From positions 320,001 to 384,000 of the forward strand of contig OY969767.1 of assembly GCA_963702895.1 (NCBI GenBank): a DNA stretch of 64,000 nucleotides. The letters run 5' to 3'. The DNA is from an uncultured Elusimicrobia bacterium. Its GTDB lineage: Bacteria; Elusimicrobiota; Elusimicrobia; 2-01-FULL-59-12. The notes beneath the pieces were generated by a model that was not told the origin of the DNA, made no database searches, and worked only from the letters and a program-made list of their open reading frames with translations. How positions within the stretch are numbered: the stretch's first letter is position 1; every line of letters starts with the position of its first letter. Both the position numbers and the translations under genes were made by a program. Of this stretch, positions 46,950 to 56,912 are shown piece by piece.

Positions 46950-47077
46950 GGTTGCGGGGGCACGTTTCCAACGCTAGGGAGCATACAACAGGCCCACCAT
47001 AGCCCCTGGCTACGCATTCGACCTTACGTCCTCAAAGCCCCTTACAAACACTACGCTGCCACGGGAGGCCATCACTT

Positions 47078-47404
47078 ATGAAGTCTGATGCTGAAGCTAT
47101 CGCTTTACTGGGGGGTAAGGGGGCAGAAGGGGGCAATTCACACCCCAAAGGGCCTCTCCGCTGTACTCACCGCTGGGCATTAGTAAGCCGATCAGCGATA
47201 CGGGAGAAGGCTGAAACCCTGGGGACTCTCCTGATCCAGGTGTGCCGCTGGTGCGGGACATTTCGGGCGAGCACGTTCTGGCCGCAGGTCAGCGGGAGGG
47301 GCCGGATCGAGGTGAACTATCGGGTGCGCTACCTCAAGGCCGAGGAGGGGCTTCGCAAGGTGTCGTTTAACCCTACAGAAGAGCTGCAGGAAGAGGAGGA
47401 CTGA
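47078..47404 (+). CDS. Hypothetical protein (CxH..CxxC)
   Basis: GGAGG SD; CTH and CRWC motifs. Confidence 0.6.
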   Translation: MKSDAEAIALLGGKGAEGGNSHPKGPLRCTHRWALVSRSAIREKAETLGTLLIQVCRWCGTFRASTFWPQVSGRGRIEVNYRVRYLKAEEGLRKVSFNPTEELQEEED

Positions 47405-47406
47405 CT

Positions 47407-47652
47407 ATGCCGTTTACCTATTGGCGAAAGCTGAAGAAGTGGAAGAGTAAGGCCGGTGAGATCCGAGGTTACTATGAAGAAACAGGGGAGCGCTATAAAT
47501 TCGCTTTCTACCCAGCTGACGGAGGGCCTAAGCAGATCAAGATCGTAAAATGCGACGAGGAGGGCCGCTTTGAAGTCCCGAGCCTGAACCAGTTTATGAG
47601 TATCCGAATGGGAAGGCCGCAAGTCGATCGAGGAGAAGATCTAAGTAATTGA
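47407..47652 (+). CDS. Hypothetical protein
   Basis: GGAGGA SD; tight spacing to the previous ORF. Confidence 0.6.
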   Translation: MPFTYWRKLKKWKSKAGEIRGYYEETGERYKFAFYPADGGPKQIKIVKCDEEGRFEVPSLNQFMSIRMGRPQVDRGEDLSN

Positions 47653-47668
47653 TCCCACCTGACAGAAG

Positions 47669-48127
47669 TTGTCTAATTTGTGCGTGCTCAAAGCACTCCT
47701 GATCTATCTGTTCCCTATCGCTCTCCTGACAAGCTGCACTTATCACCGGCCAGCGCTAATTGCTCAGGCAAACATTGGCCCGAAGGAAATTGCAGTTGGT
47801 GTGACTAAAGGAGAGTCCAGCGCTTTCTATGTGCTGTTCTTCGGGCCTTTTGGCGATAATTCTCTAGCTGCTGCTGTAGAGGACGCTAAAGCTAAAGCAA
47901 ATGCGGATACGCTATTGAATGTCTTTGTCGACAGACAGACTTTCTTTATCCCTTTGATCTACACACGAGTAACGACTGTGATATACGGTACTCTGGTGAG
48001 CTACAACCCTCCGTTAACCAAACAAGACAGCTTAAGAAGTGAACAGGCTCCATTCAACGCAAACAAAAGTCTAGAGAAAACAATACCCCCGAGAGGATCC
48101 TCAGCGCCAGCCGATCAAGCCTTGTAG
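47669..48127 (+). CDS. Putative lipoprotein (Bor/TRL-like)
   Basis: Lipobox LLTSC; FGPFGDNSLAAAV..NVFVD. Confidence 0.65.
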   Translation: MSNLCVLKALLIYLFPIALLTSCTYHRPALIAQANIGPKEIAVGVTKGESSAFYVLFFGPFGDNSLAAAVEDAKAKANADTLLNVFVDRQTFFIPLIYTRVTTVIYGTLVSYNPPLTKQDSLRSEQAPFNANKSLEKTIPPRGSSAPADQAL

Positions 48128-48265
48128 TGCAATAGAGAGTGTCGAAATAATTACCCAAATTCACTATAGAGCTTTGACGGTCTATCCTGCCTGAAATACC
48201 GCATTTAACACGACCTACCGATAACGAATTGCGCTTTTTGGGTCGTTAAATACGAATTTAATTAC

Positions 48266-48889
48266 CTAAGCGAACTGGTACGCGAGTGCCGCTTCCTTCT
48301 TGCGCTCGGCGGTAGCCCTGACGTAAGGCAATAGGCTTTGAAGGCTGGAATGACCCGAGAGGCTCATAAGTGTAGATGGATCACGCCCAGGGGCACGGAA
48401 CGTCAAATACGTCGCACGGAAGCTATGCGGGGTGATCCGCTTGGTAATACCCGCCTGGCGTGAGAACCTCTCGACAAGACAACTGATAGCCTTGGGTGTT
48501 ATGCGCCGCTTCGCATAGGGGCCATGCTTGCCCAGGGTTAGAAACAGCGGAGCGTCCTGAGAGGGCTTGCCCTCGCCATGCTCGAGCTGTAGATACCGAG
48601 AGATCCCACGATAGACACTATCGGCAACAGGGATCTTGAGCCAGTACGGTCGCTTGGTGCGCTTCTTCAAGCCCTGATAGCTGAGGTATTTCTGCCCCTC
48701 GTCTACCAAATGCCCGACATTGAGCCTGACCAGCTCACCCTGTCTCATAGGCGTGTTAGCCAAGACCAGGAGCACGGCATAGTCTCTTGCGCCCTCTTTG
48801 GTGCGCCGGTCTGGTAGCGATAACATTCGGGAAAGCTCTTCTTCAGTAAGAACGTCTGACTGTCCTGCGGGTCTTCCTCTCATATTCAT
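48266..48889 (-). CDS. Short tyrosine recombinase (catalytic domain only)
   Basis: RDYAVL..MRQGEL, K, TPHSFR and GHSS..Y catalytic residues. Confidence 0.88.
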   Translation of the reverse strand: MNMRGRPAGQSDVLTEEELSRMLSLPDRRTKEGARDYAVLLVLANTPMRQGELVRLNVGHLVDEGQKYLSYQGLKKRTKRPYWLKIPVADSVYRGISRYLQLEHGEGKPSQDAPLFLTLGKHGPYAKRRITPKAISCLVERFSRQAGITKRITPHSFRATYLTFRAPGRDPSTLMSLSGHSSLQSLLPYVRATAERKKEAALAYQFA

Positions 48890-48921
48890 TCTCCATATCC
48901 ATTATGCGCTCTACTACAGTA

Positions 48922-48953
48922 TCCACTAGTAGTCAGTATACTCTACTAGTGGA
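48922..48953. promoter_or_regulatory. Perfect 11-bp inverted repeat in the divergent promoter region
   Basis: TCCACTAGTAG-N10-CTACTAGTGGA. Confidence 0.7.
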
Positions 48954-48984
48954 CACGAGTCAATTATTCACGTATCATTAACGT

Positions 48985-49173
48985 ATGAAGAAAAAGAAGA
49001 CTCCCGAAGGCAAAGGCTACAAGTTTTATGAGGAAGCGGGTCTGCAGCAGTTGTCTATCCATATTCCCTCTGCTGCGCACAAGAGGCTTAAGGGTCTGGC
49101 CGAACGGCGCGGGGTGTCCCTGCAGCTGCTGGCGCGTACATTACTTATGGAGGGCGCAAAGGTCAAATCTTAA
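48985..49173 (+). CDS. Ribbon-helix-helix DNA-binding protein
   Basis: QLSIHIP..HKRLKGLAERRGVSLQLLARTLL. Confidence 0.75.
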   Translation: MKKKKTPEGKGYKFYEEAGLQQLSIHIPSAAHKRLKGLAERRGVSLQLLARTLLMEGAKVKS

Positions 49174-49193
49174 TATGGAAAGGATCATAAACT

Positions 49194-49508
49194 ATGTCTG
49201 ACTCAAAGGTACATCTTTACCATACGTATTATGACTTGTGTAGTGACCATATCGCGAACGCGCTTAGAAAAGAAGGTATTGAATATGAAGTGCAATCGTA
49301 CTGGTGGATACGCGGAGTGAGAACAAATTATGACATCTATGTATCCCCTGGGGATCTTACTAGAGCACAGGATGTAGTAAGTCGCGAACAGTCTAGACTG
49401 CACGCGCTTGGATCAACAGCTTTAAATAGGCGAAATATCAGAATGGTCCTTTTGTTCACCGCAGTCTTCGCCTTAATCTTTCTTTTGAGCTACTTAACAG
49501 ATAGATAG
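49194..49508 (+). CDS. Small membrane protein (DUF2007-like)
   Basis: ALRKEGIEY..IYVSPGDLTRAQ; C-terminal TM. Confidence 0.6.
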   Translation: MSDSKVHLYHTYYDLCSDHIANALRKEGIEYEVQSYWWIRGVRTNYDIYVSPGDLTRAQDVVSREQSRLHALGSTALNRRNIRMVLLFTAVFALIFLLSYLTDR

Positions 49509-49662
49509 TAGAGAATGAGTCCTGGGAGGGACGGCGGGGCCAGAGTAAAAAGCCAGTCGTCAGATCGTCTTCGTTATCAGTAAAGATAGCTCGTCTTCCA
49601 GAACTTTTTCTTTTTTGGCGAGCTTAAGGCAGTACCAGCGAGCGGAACAGAACGGAGCGAAT

Positions 49663-50421
49663 ATGAAGAAGAACAAGAAGAAGAACAAGAAGAAGAAGAA
49701 GAAGAAGAAACCAGAGACATTCCCGATCGAGTTTAAAGGGGTTGTTTTAGACCATCACTCCGCAACAGATAACGGATCCAGGCTGCTAAGGTCGACTGCT
49801 GAAGGTACACAGGAATGGACAGCCCCGACCCAAGCCCCGAAGACAAAAGAATATCTGCGCCTCGACTTCCCCGTGGACTATGCCTTTGATATAGACAACC
49901 TCTTCAAATTATTCCGGCCGCTTATCAAGAAAGGCAGAAACCGGCTGCGCTTTATATACAGCCAAAAAGCCCACAAAAAGGTAGACGAGCTGCGGCAATA
50001 TGTCGAGTCTGTGCAATTTAACTCAAATGACAGAGAGGATGAGAAGCAGCTTGATAATGCCTTTAAAGAGAGGCTCCTCGGTATTGAAAGCCTCGGGACT
50101 CGAGGAACGGTCTTCAAGGAAAAGAAACGCAGAGAGAAGATCTCCAAGCGCAGCACAGGGAAGACAAAGCACCGACCCCCAAAGGTCAGCCCTGCGCTAT
50201 GGAAGATGATTCGGGAAAAATGGGAGAGTTTAGATCATAGATACCCCGCCGAAGAAGACCGAAAGCGAGAGATCGGCATACTATATCGTGGGGATGGGGA
50301 TAAACACATACCACCCGATCCAGTATTTGCAGAGCACCCTGACTATGAGCGAGCCAAAGACCTGACCGATGACCAATTAAAAAAATACGCCCAGACCAAA
50401 ACATACCCGCCTAAGAGATAG
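49663..50421 (+). CDS. Lys-rich hypothetical protein
   Basis: GGAG SD; N-terminal AAG-repeat tract; long open frame. Confidence 0.65.
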   Translation: MKKNKKKNKKKKKKKKPETFPIEFKGVVLDHHSATDNGSRLLRSTAEGTQEWTAPTQAPKTKEYLRLDFPVDYAFDIDNLFKLFRPLIKKGRNRLRFIYSQKAHKKVDELRQYVESVQFNSNDREDEKQLDNAFKERLLGIESLGTRGTVFKEKKRREKISKRSTGKTKHRPPKVSPALWKMIREKWESLDHRYPAEEDRKREIGILYRGDGDKHIPPDPVFAEHPDYERAKDLTDDQLKKYAQTKTYPPKR

Positions 50422-50537
50422 CCGTTCCCACAACCCCATAAGAACCTAAAGCTTCTTTTTTCTCCGTCGAGCAAAGATCCCTAGAGATCTTTCGCGGAAG
50501 TCCGAGGAACCATAATTACCCCGTAAAGGAGCTAATT

Positions 50538-50831
50538 ATGACAACCCTCGAAGGCTACTCAGATCTCAACACCCTCGCCGTACTTCGCCTCATGCTGGGA
50601 CAGCCGCTCAAGACCGAATACAACGCTGGTCGCTTCTGGGCATATTACGACTCCTTACAGGTTAAACCGATCCTGGATAAATTTGAGTCTGGCGCTCTAC
50701 AAGTGAATGCGCTGCATTTCTGCAATGCCCTCTCACGAACCAAGGACGCTATTTTTGAGCGAGAGCGCTTTGAAAAAGTCTCGAACCAACGAGCGAACAA
50801 TGGAAACGATCATGCTCTCAAGATCCGTTAA
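50538..50831 (+). CDS. Small phage-type hypothetical protein (DUF5659-like)
   Basis: AAGGAG SD; SDLNTLAVL..LQVNALHF. Confidence 0.6.
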   Translation: MTTLEGYSDLNTLAVLRLMLGQPLKTEYNAGRFWAYYDSLQVKPILDKFESGALQVNALHFCNALSRTKDAIFERERFEKVSNQRANNGNDHALKIR

Positions 50832-50910
50832 CTGCCTCCAAGAATTTCCCATACAAACAAAAACCCCGCACGAATTATCGTTCGTACGGGGGAGTGAAAG
50901 GAACTACACC

Positions 50911-51108
50911 ATGTCCATATTAGCACGGCCACGCCCACGCAGCGCAATTACCTCAGCCATACTGGAAGCCCTGAGCTATCGAGCTAAGTCCTTCCTGCAC
51001 ACACACCCCGAAGCCTATCGACATTACACCTGGGTATATGACCAAGTCCTCAAGGAACTCGACCTCGACGAGGACAACGTCGCTATCCCCGAGGACAAAG
51101 CCGCATGA
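50911..51108 (+). CDS. Small hypothetical protein
   Basis: AAGGA SD; ATGA overlap with the next gene. Confidence 0.6.
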   Translation: MSILARPRPRSAITSAILEALSYRAKSFLHTHPEAYRHYTWVYDQVLKELDLDEDNVAIPEDKAA

Positions 51109-52769
51109 ATAGCCCACATTCGCCCAAGGATCAAGAATTGCTCAGGCTTATTCAAGAGAGCGACTTGCAAAGTCAAAGGATCGACCGTGTCTATGAGCTT
51201 TGTAAACGGTGGAAAGACGGGACGAATGGAGAGCGTCCGAGTGCTTCCGATATGGGCGGAATGTTATCTGACATAGCCCAGCTGCCAGAAGAAAAGCTCG
51301 CCGTATGCAGACAGGCTATCGTTGACTCAGGCTTTCTTGGGCGTAGGGCACTTGAGAAGCGCTTACGTCAGCTGGCCCCCGAAAGACACGAAGCATCAAA
51401 GGCTGACAAGACTAACAAGTCTGTTTATTGCGCTAGGTTTAAGGGCCTTGTTGATATGGTCGAGGATCAAGGACGTGTCCGCTATTTGATCCGAAGACAC
51501 GACGGCGGTCTTGACGTTGCCGATAGCGTTGAAAGAGAAGGAAAAACGCTGATCCCACCTCTCAAGGAACATCTCGACTGTCTACTGCCGGACGTTGATA
51601 ACGTCAAAGCGGCTTATCTCACGGATACGCCAGGCCAGCTTTTCAGCGACCTAGTGCAGTACCACGACAAGATATCACAGCTTCCTTCCCAGGCCCATCT
51701 CCTACTGCTGGCAGCATGGGTCTTCTCAACCTATAGGCAAGAAGTCTTGCCCTTTTCTGGCTATCTGGCCTTTTACAACGTCGCCGGCCGCGGCAAGACA
51801 CGAACCGGCAAAGGGCTTATCTATGTCGCCTACCGAGGCACGCATACGGTCACTTGCAGGGAGTCTAATTTGTTCCGACTTTCCCAGGATCTCCAGGCCA
51901 GCATTTTCTTTGATGTTATGGATCTATCCAGAAAACTCGCCAAGAATGAAAGTGAAGACATTCTCCTGCAGCGTTTTGAAAAGGGCGCAACGGTAAAGCG
52001 GACTCTCTTCCCAGAAAAAGGCGCATTTGAAGACACCCGCACCTTTGAAATTTTCGGCCCTACGATCATTGCGACCAATGTCGCACTTCACAAAATACTT
52101 GATACACGTTGCTTTCCTATTTCCATGCCGTATGCAAGTAAGCACTACCCCGCACCAGATCCAGCTGAGGGCCTCAAATTTCGGGAGCGCCTGGTAGCCT
52201 GGCGGGCCAAACGCTTGTTTGAACCTCTGGCTGACCCAGGGAAGGTTATGGCCGGCCGGCTGGGGGATATCGCTATGCCGCTGCGCTCAATACTCCAGGA
52301 AGTGAAGCCCGAAGCTATCCCCTCATTCGATAGCCTGATTACAGAAATGCAGGAGTCCAGCCGCCAAGACAAGGCCGAAACCCTTGAAGCCAGGTTTCTC
52401 AGGATTGTCAAAGCGCTATCCCTAGCGAGCCTGGACAGGGAGATTCCCATAGCGGACATTGCCCAAAAGCTCAACCAGGGCGTGCAGGAAGACTCCAAGG
52501 CCTATTTAAGCTCTACCAAGGTGGGCAAGGTAGCTACACGCCTGGGCTTTAAGAGGGGCAGATCCAGCCAAAGCAGACATATCAGGCTAGATAAGAACTT
52601 CGAAGCCATGTGTGCGGAATATGGTGTAGAAGACACCCCCACAAACCTCCCAGAAGTGTCACAAGTGTCACAGTGTCATTCCTCGACGGAAGGAAACAGT
52701 GACACGTTACATGACACAACAGATCCAGAAGTGTCACAAATGGAGATCGACGGAGAAGTGACGCTATGA
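51105..52769 (+). CDS. P-loop NTPase-like replication-associated protein of the element
   Basis: Walker-A-like VAGRGKT, GPTIIAT and LDTRCF motifs; winged-helix-like C-terminus. Confidence 0.65.
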   Translation: MNSPHSPKDQELLRLIQESDLQSQRIDRVYELCKRWKDGTNGERPSASDMGGMLSDIAQLPEEKLAVCRQAIVDSGFLGRRALEKRLRQLAPERHEASKADKTNKSVYCARFKGLVDMVEDQGRVRYLIRRHDGGLDVADSVEREGKTLIPPLKEHLDCLLPDVDNVKAAYLTDTPGQLFSDLVQYHDKISQLPSQAHLLLLAAWVFSTYRQEVLPFSGYLAFYNVAGRGKTRTGKGLIYVAYRGTHTVTCRESNLFRLSQDLQASIFFDVMDLSRKLAKNESEDILLQRFEKGATVKRTLFPEKGAFEDTRTFEIFGPTIIATNVALHKILDTRCFPISMPYASKHYPAPDPAEGLKFRERLVAWRAKRLFEPLADPGKVMAGRLGDIAMPLRSILQEVKPEAIPSFDSLITEMQESSRQDKAETLEARFLRIVKALSLASLDREIPIADIAQKLNQGVQEDSKAYLSSTKVGKVATRLGFKRGRSSQSRHIRLDKNFEAMCAEYGVEDTPTNLPEVSQVSQCHSSTEGNSDTLHDTTDPEVSQMEIDGEVTL

Positions 52770-52781
52770 CACGTATGACAC
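52656..52781. repeat. Iteron-like GTGTCA/TGACAC cluster (candidate origin)
   Basis: GTGTCA at 52656, 52665, 52673 and 52731; TGACAC at 52700, 52712, 52767 and 52776. Confidence 0.7.
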
Positions 52782-52975
52782 GTTTTTCCACTTCGTACTC
52801 CCATGAGGTATGGCAGTGAAGAATGTACATACGGATGGTTTGACCAATACCACAGAAAGCGCTAGAGTTGCCTACGCAATAGAACCTCTGGACATGGAAA
52901 TGAGCGCCGCGGACCACCACAAAGCCCTTCGACTCTACTGCCGATGGATGATCCGCGCCTACCAACAGGACCGCA

Positions 52976-54722
<1,747 letters not shown>

Positions 54723-54876
54723 AAGCCATTATAGCACGGGATGACGCGGTGATCCGTGAATTTGTCCGAAGAGGTGATTAAGGACAGTGATCGGAATACT
54801 GATCGGCAACACCTCGGACTTCCACCATCGATAGACGATTATCATCGCGGCGAATGGAAACGCTCGGATTACACAC

Positions 54877-55959
54877 TCACGGCATATCGGGATTGACCGG
54901 TGGCGGCCACCGGCCTTCGGCGGTGCGACGCTCGATATAGTCCTGAGCCGTTTGTTCTCCTACGATCACGTCGTCCGCGGAGATAACCTTTAAAAATTCT
55001 TTCTTCTGCTCAATCGCTTCGGGAAGCCCCTGGGAGGCGGCAAGCGTCACATAGGTAATCGCTTGACGGTCATTTTTCGGCGTGACATCGCCGAGGTAAT
55101 ACAGGATCGCCGCATTATTTTGGGCGGGAGCATAGTCCTGTTTCGCCGCTTTCAGCATCCAGTCAAAAGCAGCGTTGCTGTCCTTCGGCAGGCCAGCGCG
55201 GCCAAAATGGAAATGGTTGGCAAGTGCATACTGAGCCGGCGCATAGCCCTGAGCTGCCGCTTTGCGTGTCCAGAACACGGCGTTTCGCCAATCCCGGCGA
55301 CCTTCGTAATAAGAAGCGAGATGGGCCTGAGCTCGTAAGTCGCCCTGTTCCGCCGCCGGTTTCCAAGCTGACATGGAATCTTCTTGTTTTTTACCCTGCG
55401 CAACGGACGCTCGGTCGAGTTGACGAAAGAGCCGTGTACCCAGCGTCTCTTGAGTATCAGGATTCTTCCACAACAACATCAGGTCACCTTTTCTGACCGC
55501 CGTTGGGAAATCTCGCGCGTCTCGCGCCGTGATCGCAACTAGACACTCATACCGGTTCCACGGCCCGGGGCCAATGGTCATTTGGCCATCCGGTCCGTCC
55601 ATGGACCACTCCTTTCGGTCCTTGCCTGGTACGTCGGCCGCCGCATCGATATCATTTGGCGAGATTGGTCCTTTATTTCGCCGCATCTCTACGAGCGTGC
55701 CGTTCGCGTCGATGTAGAGCAGCTGCGCTGGCCAATTGTATGTGCTTTCCGGAGGTAGGCGTGTTTGCAAATTCTGCTCACGCATTAACCAGTAGCCCGG
55801 CAAATCCTCTGCCTTACATGCCCGCGCAAGCAGCCGGTCAGATGCGCTAGCAAAGCATGGACACAAGGCAATCAGCCATAAAAATCCGATTATCAATCGG
55901 ATTACCTGCCTGCTCCGATGCCACTGCCCGCACTTTTCGATAAACCAAACCTTACTCAT
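54877..55959 (-). CDS. Exported Sel1-like repeat protein
   Basis: AAEQGDLRAQ, AAAQGYAPAQYAL and AAKQDYAPAQNN repeats; N-terminal signal segment. Confidence 0.85.
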   Translation of the reverse strand: MSKVWFIEKCGQWHRSRQVIRLIIGFLWLIALCPCFASASDRLLARACKAEDLPGYWLMREQNLQTRLPPESTYNWPAQLLYIDANGTLVEMRRNKGPISPNDIDAAADVPGKDRKEWSMDGPDGQMTIGPGPWNRYECLVAITARDARDFPTAVRKGDLMLLWKNPDTQETLGTRLFRQLDRASVAQGKKQEDSMSAWKPAAEQGDLRAQAHLASYYEGRRDWRNAVFWTRKAAAQGYAPAQYALANHFHFGRAGLPKDSNAAFDWMLKAAKQDYAPAQNNAAILYYLGDVTPKNDRQAITYVTLAASQGLPEAIEQKKEFLKVISADDVIVGEQTAQDYIERRTAEGRWPPPVNPDMP

Positions 55960-56180
55960 ATATTGCTCGCAAAAAATGGGACCCCTTTGGATCGAAATAG
56001 TATCTTTTTTTGAGCGGTTGCATGGTAGACCATCACTGCCACGGAGGGCGTGCTGATCGGAATCCTGATCGGCGCTACAGCGGAGGACTGCTAAGGCGGG
56101 CAAACTTCAGCGAAATGGGTGAAATAAACGCAACGCGGTAGAGCTAAACACATCTAAAAGTAGATAGGATTCTTGATTTG

Positions 56181-56237
56181 GCCCGACGAGCTACCAGGCT
56201 GCTCCACCCCGCGAAGCCATTATAGCACGGGATGACG
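56181..56237 (-). pseudogene. Duplicated 5' half of tRNA-fMet with its -10 region
   Basis: Identical to 54690-54746; diverged similarity continues for about 70 bp beyond. Confidence 0.88.
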
Positions 56238-56353
56238 GAGCGATCTTTGAAATTAACGATTAGGGCGATTTGGAGTGATGATCGGTATTGTGATCGGTAT
56301 GACACCTGATGACTGCTAAATACAGCGAAGAAGCTCTCTCTGGCCTGTGAAAA

Positions 56354-56752
56354 TTATTGATTCTCCATAACCATGATTTTTCGAACAAATAGATCGTCAG
56401 CAACGTAGCGAATCATCACGCGTTCGCCCGCTTTCAAGTCCGATAACGGAACACGCTGGCCTTGCCGACTTGCCCGGGTCCTTTTTGTGAGAATAAAAGA
56501 TGAAATCACCCCGCCGGCCTCTCTAAGTTTGAGCGTATAGCTTGCCTGGTCAATCAGTTCTATCCTGCCGACTGCCCTCTTCAGGAAAGCTTTGTCGATC
56601 CGATCCACTGGTGGCGCAACATTAGTTCCCGAGTAAATAGTTATAGCAGCAGTGGATTGGACAACAGCCCCAGCTGTGTTGTCTTCCGCACCAACGGGAG
56701 AATTCATCAAGGTAAAGAACCCCACAACAAGAAAAACTCTGCCAATTTTCAT
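56354..56752 (-). CDS. Small secreted hypothetical protein (OB-fold-like)
   Basis: Signal peptide; GRIELID..LSDLKAGERVMIRY. Confidence 0.7.
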   Translation of the reverse strand: MKIGRVFLVVGFFTLMNSPVGAEDNTAGAVVQSTAAITIYSGTNVAPPVDRIDKAFLKRAVGRIELIDQASYTLKLREAGGVISSFILTKRTRASRQGQRVPLSDLKAGERVMIRYVADDLFVRKIMVMENQ

Positions 56753-56912
56753 GAATGAAGTGTTAAGGATTGCAAAGCAGTCAGTGCCTTCCATCGCAAA
56801 ACACATCCAATCATTTTTACAGGTATTTGAGCCCTAGAAATCAGTGTGTTCCGACATTTTCGCTCGTCGTGCTTGACCGGATTTCTATGTGACGATAAAC
56901 AGTCAGGTAGAA

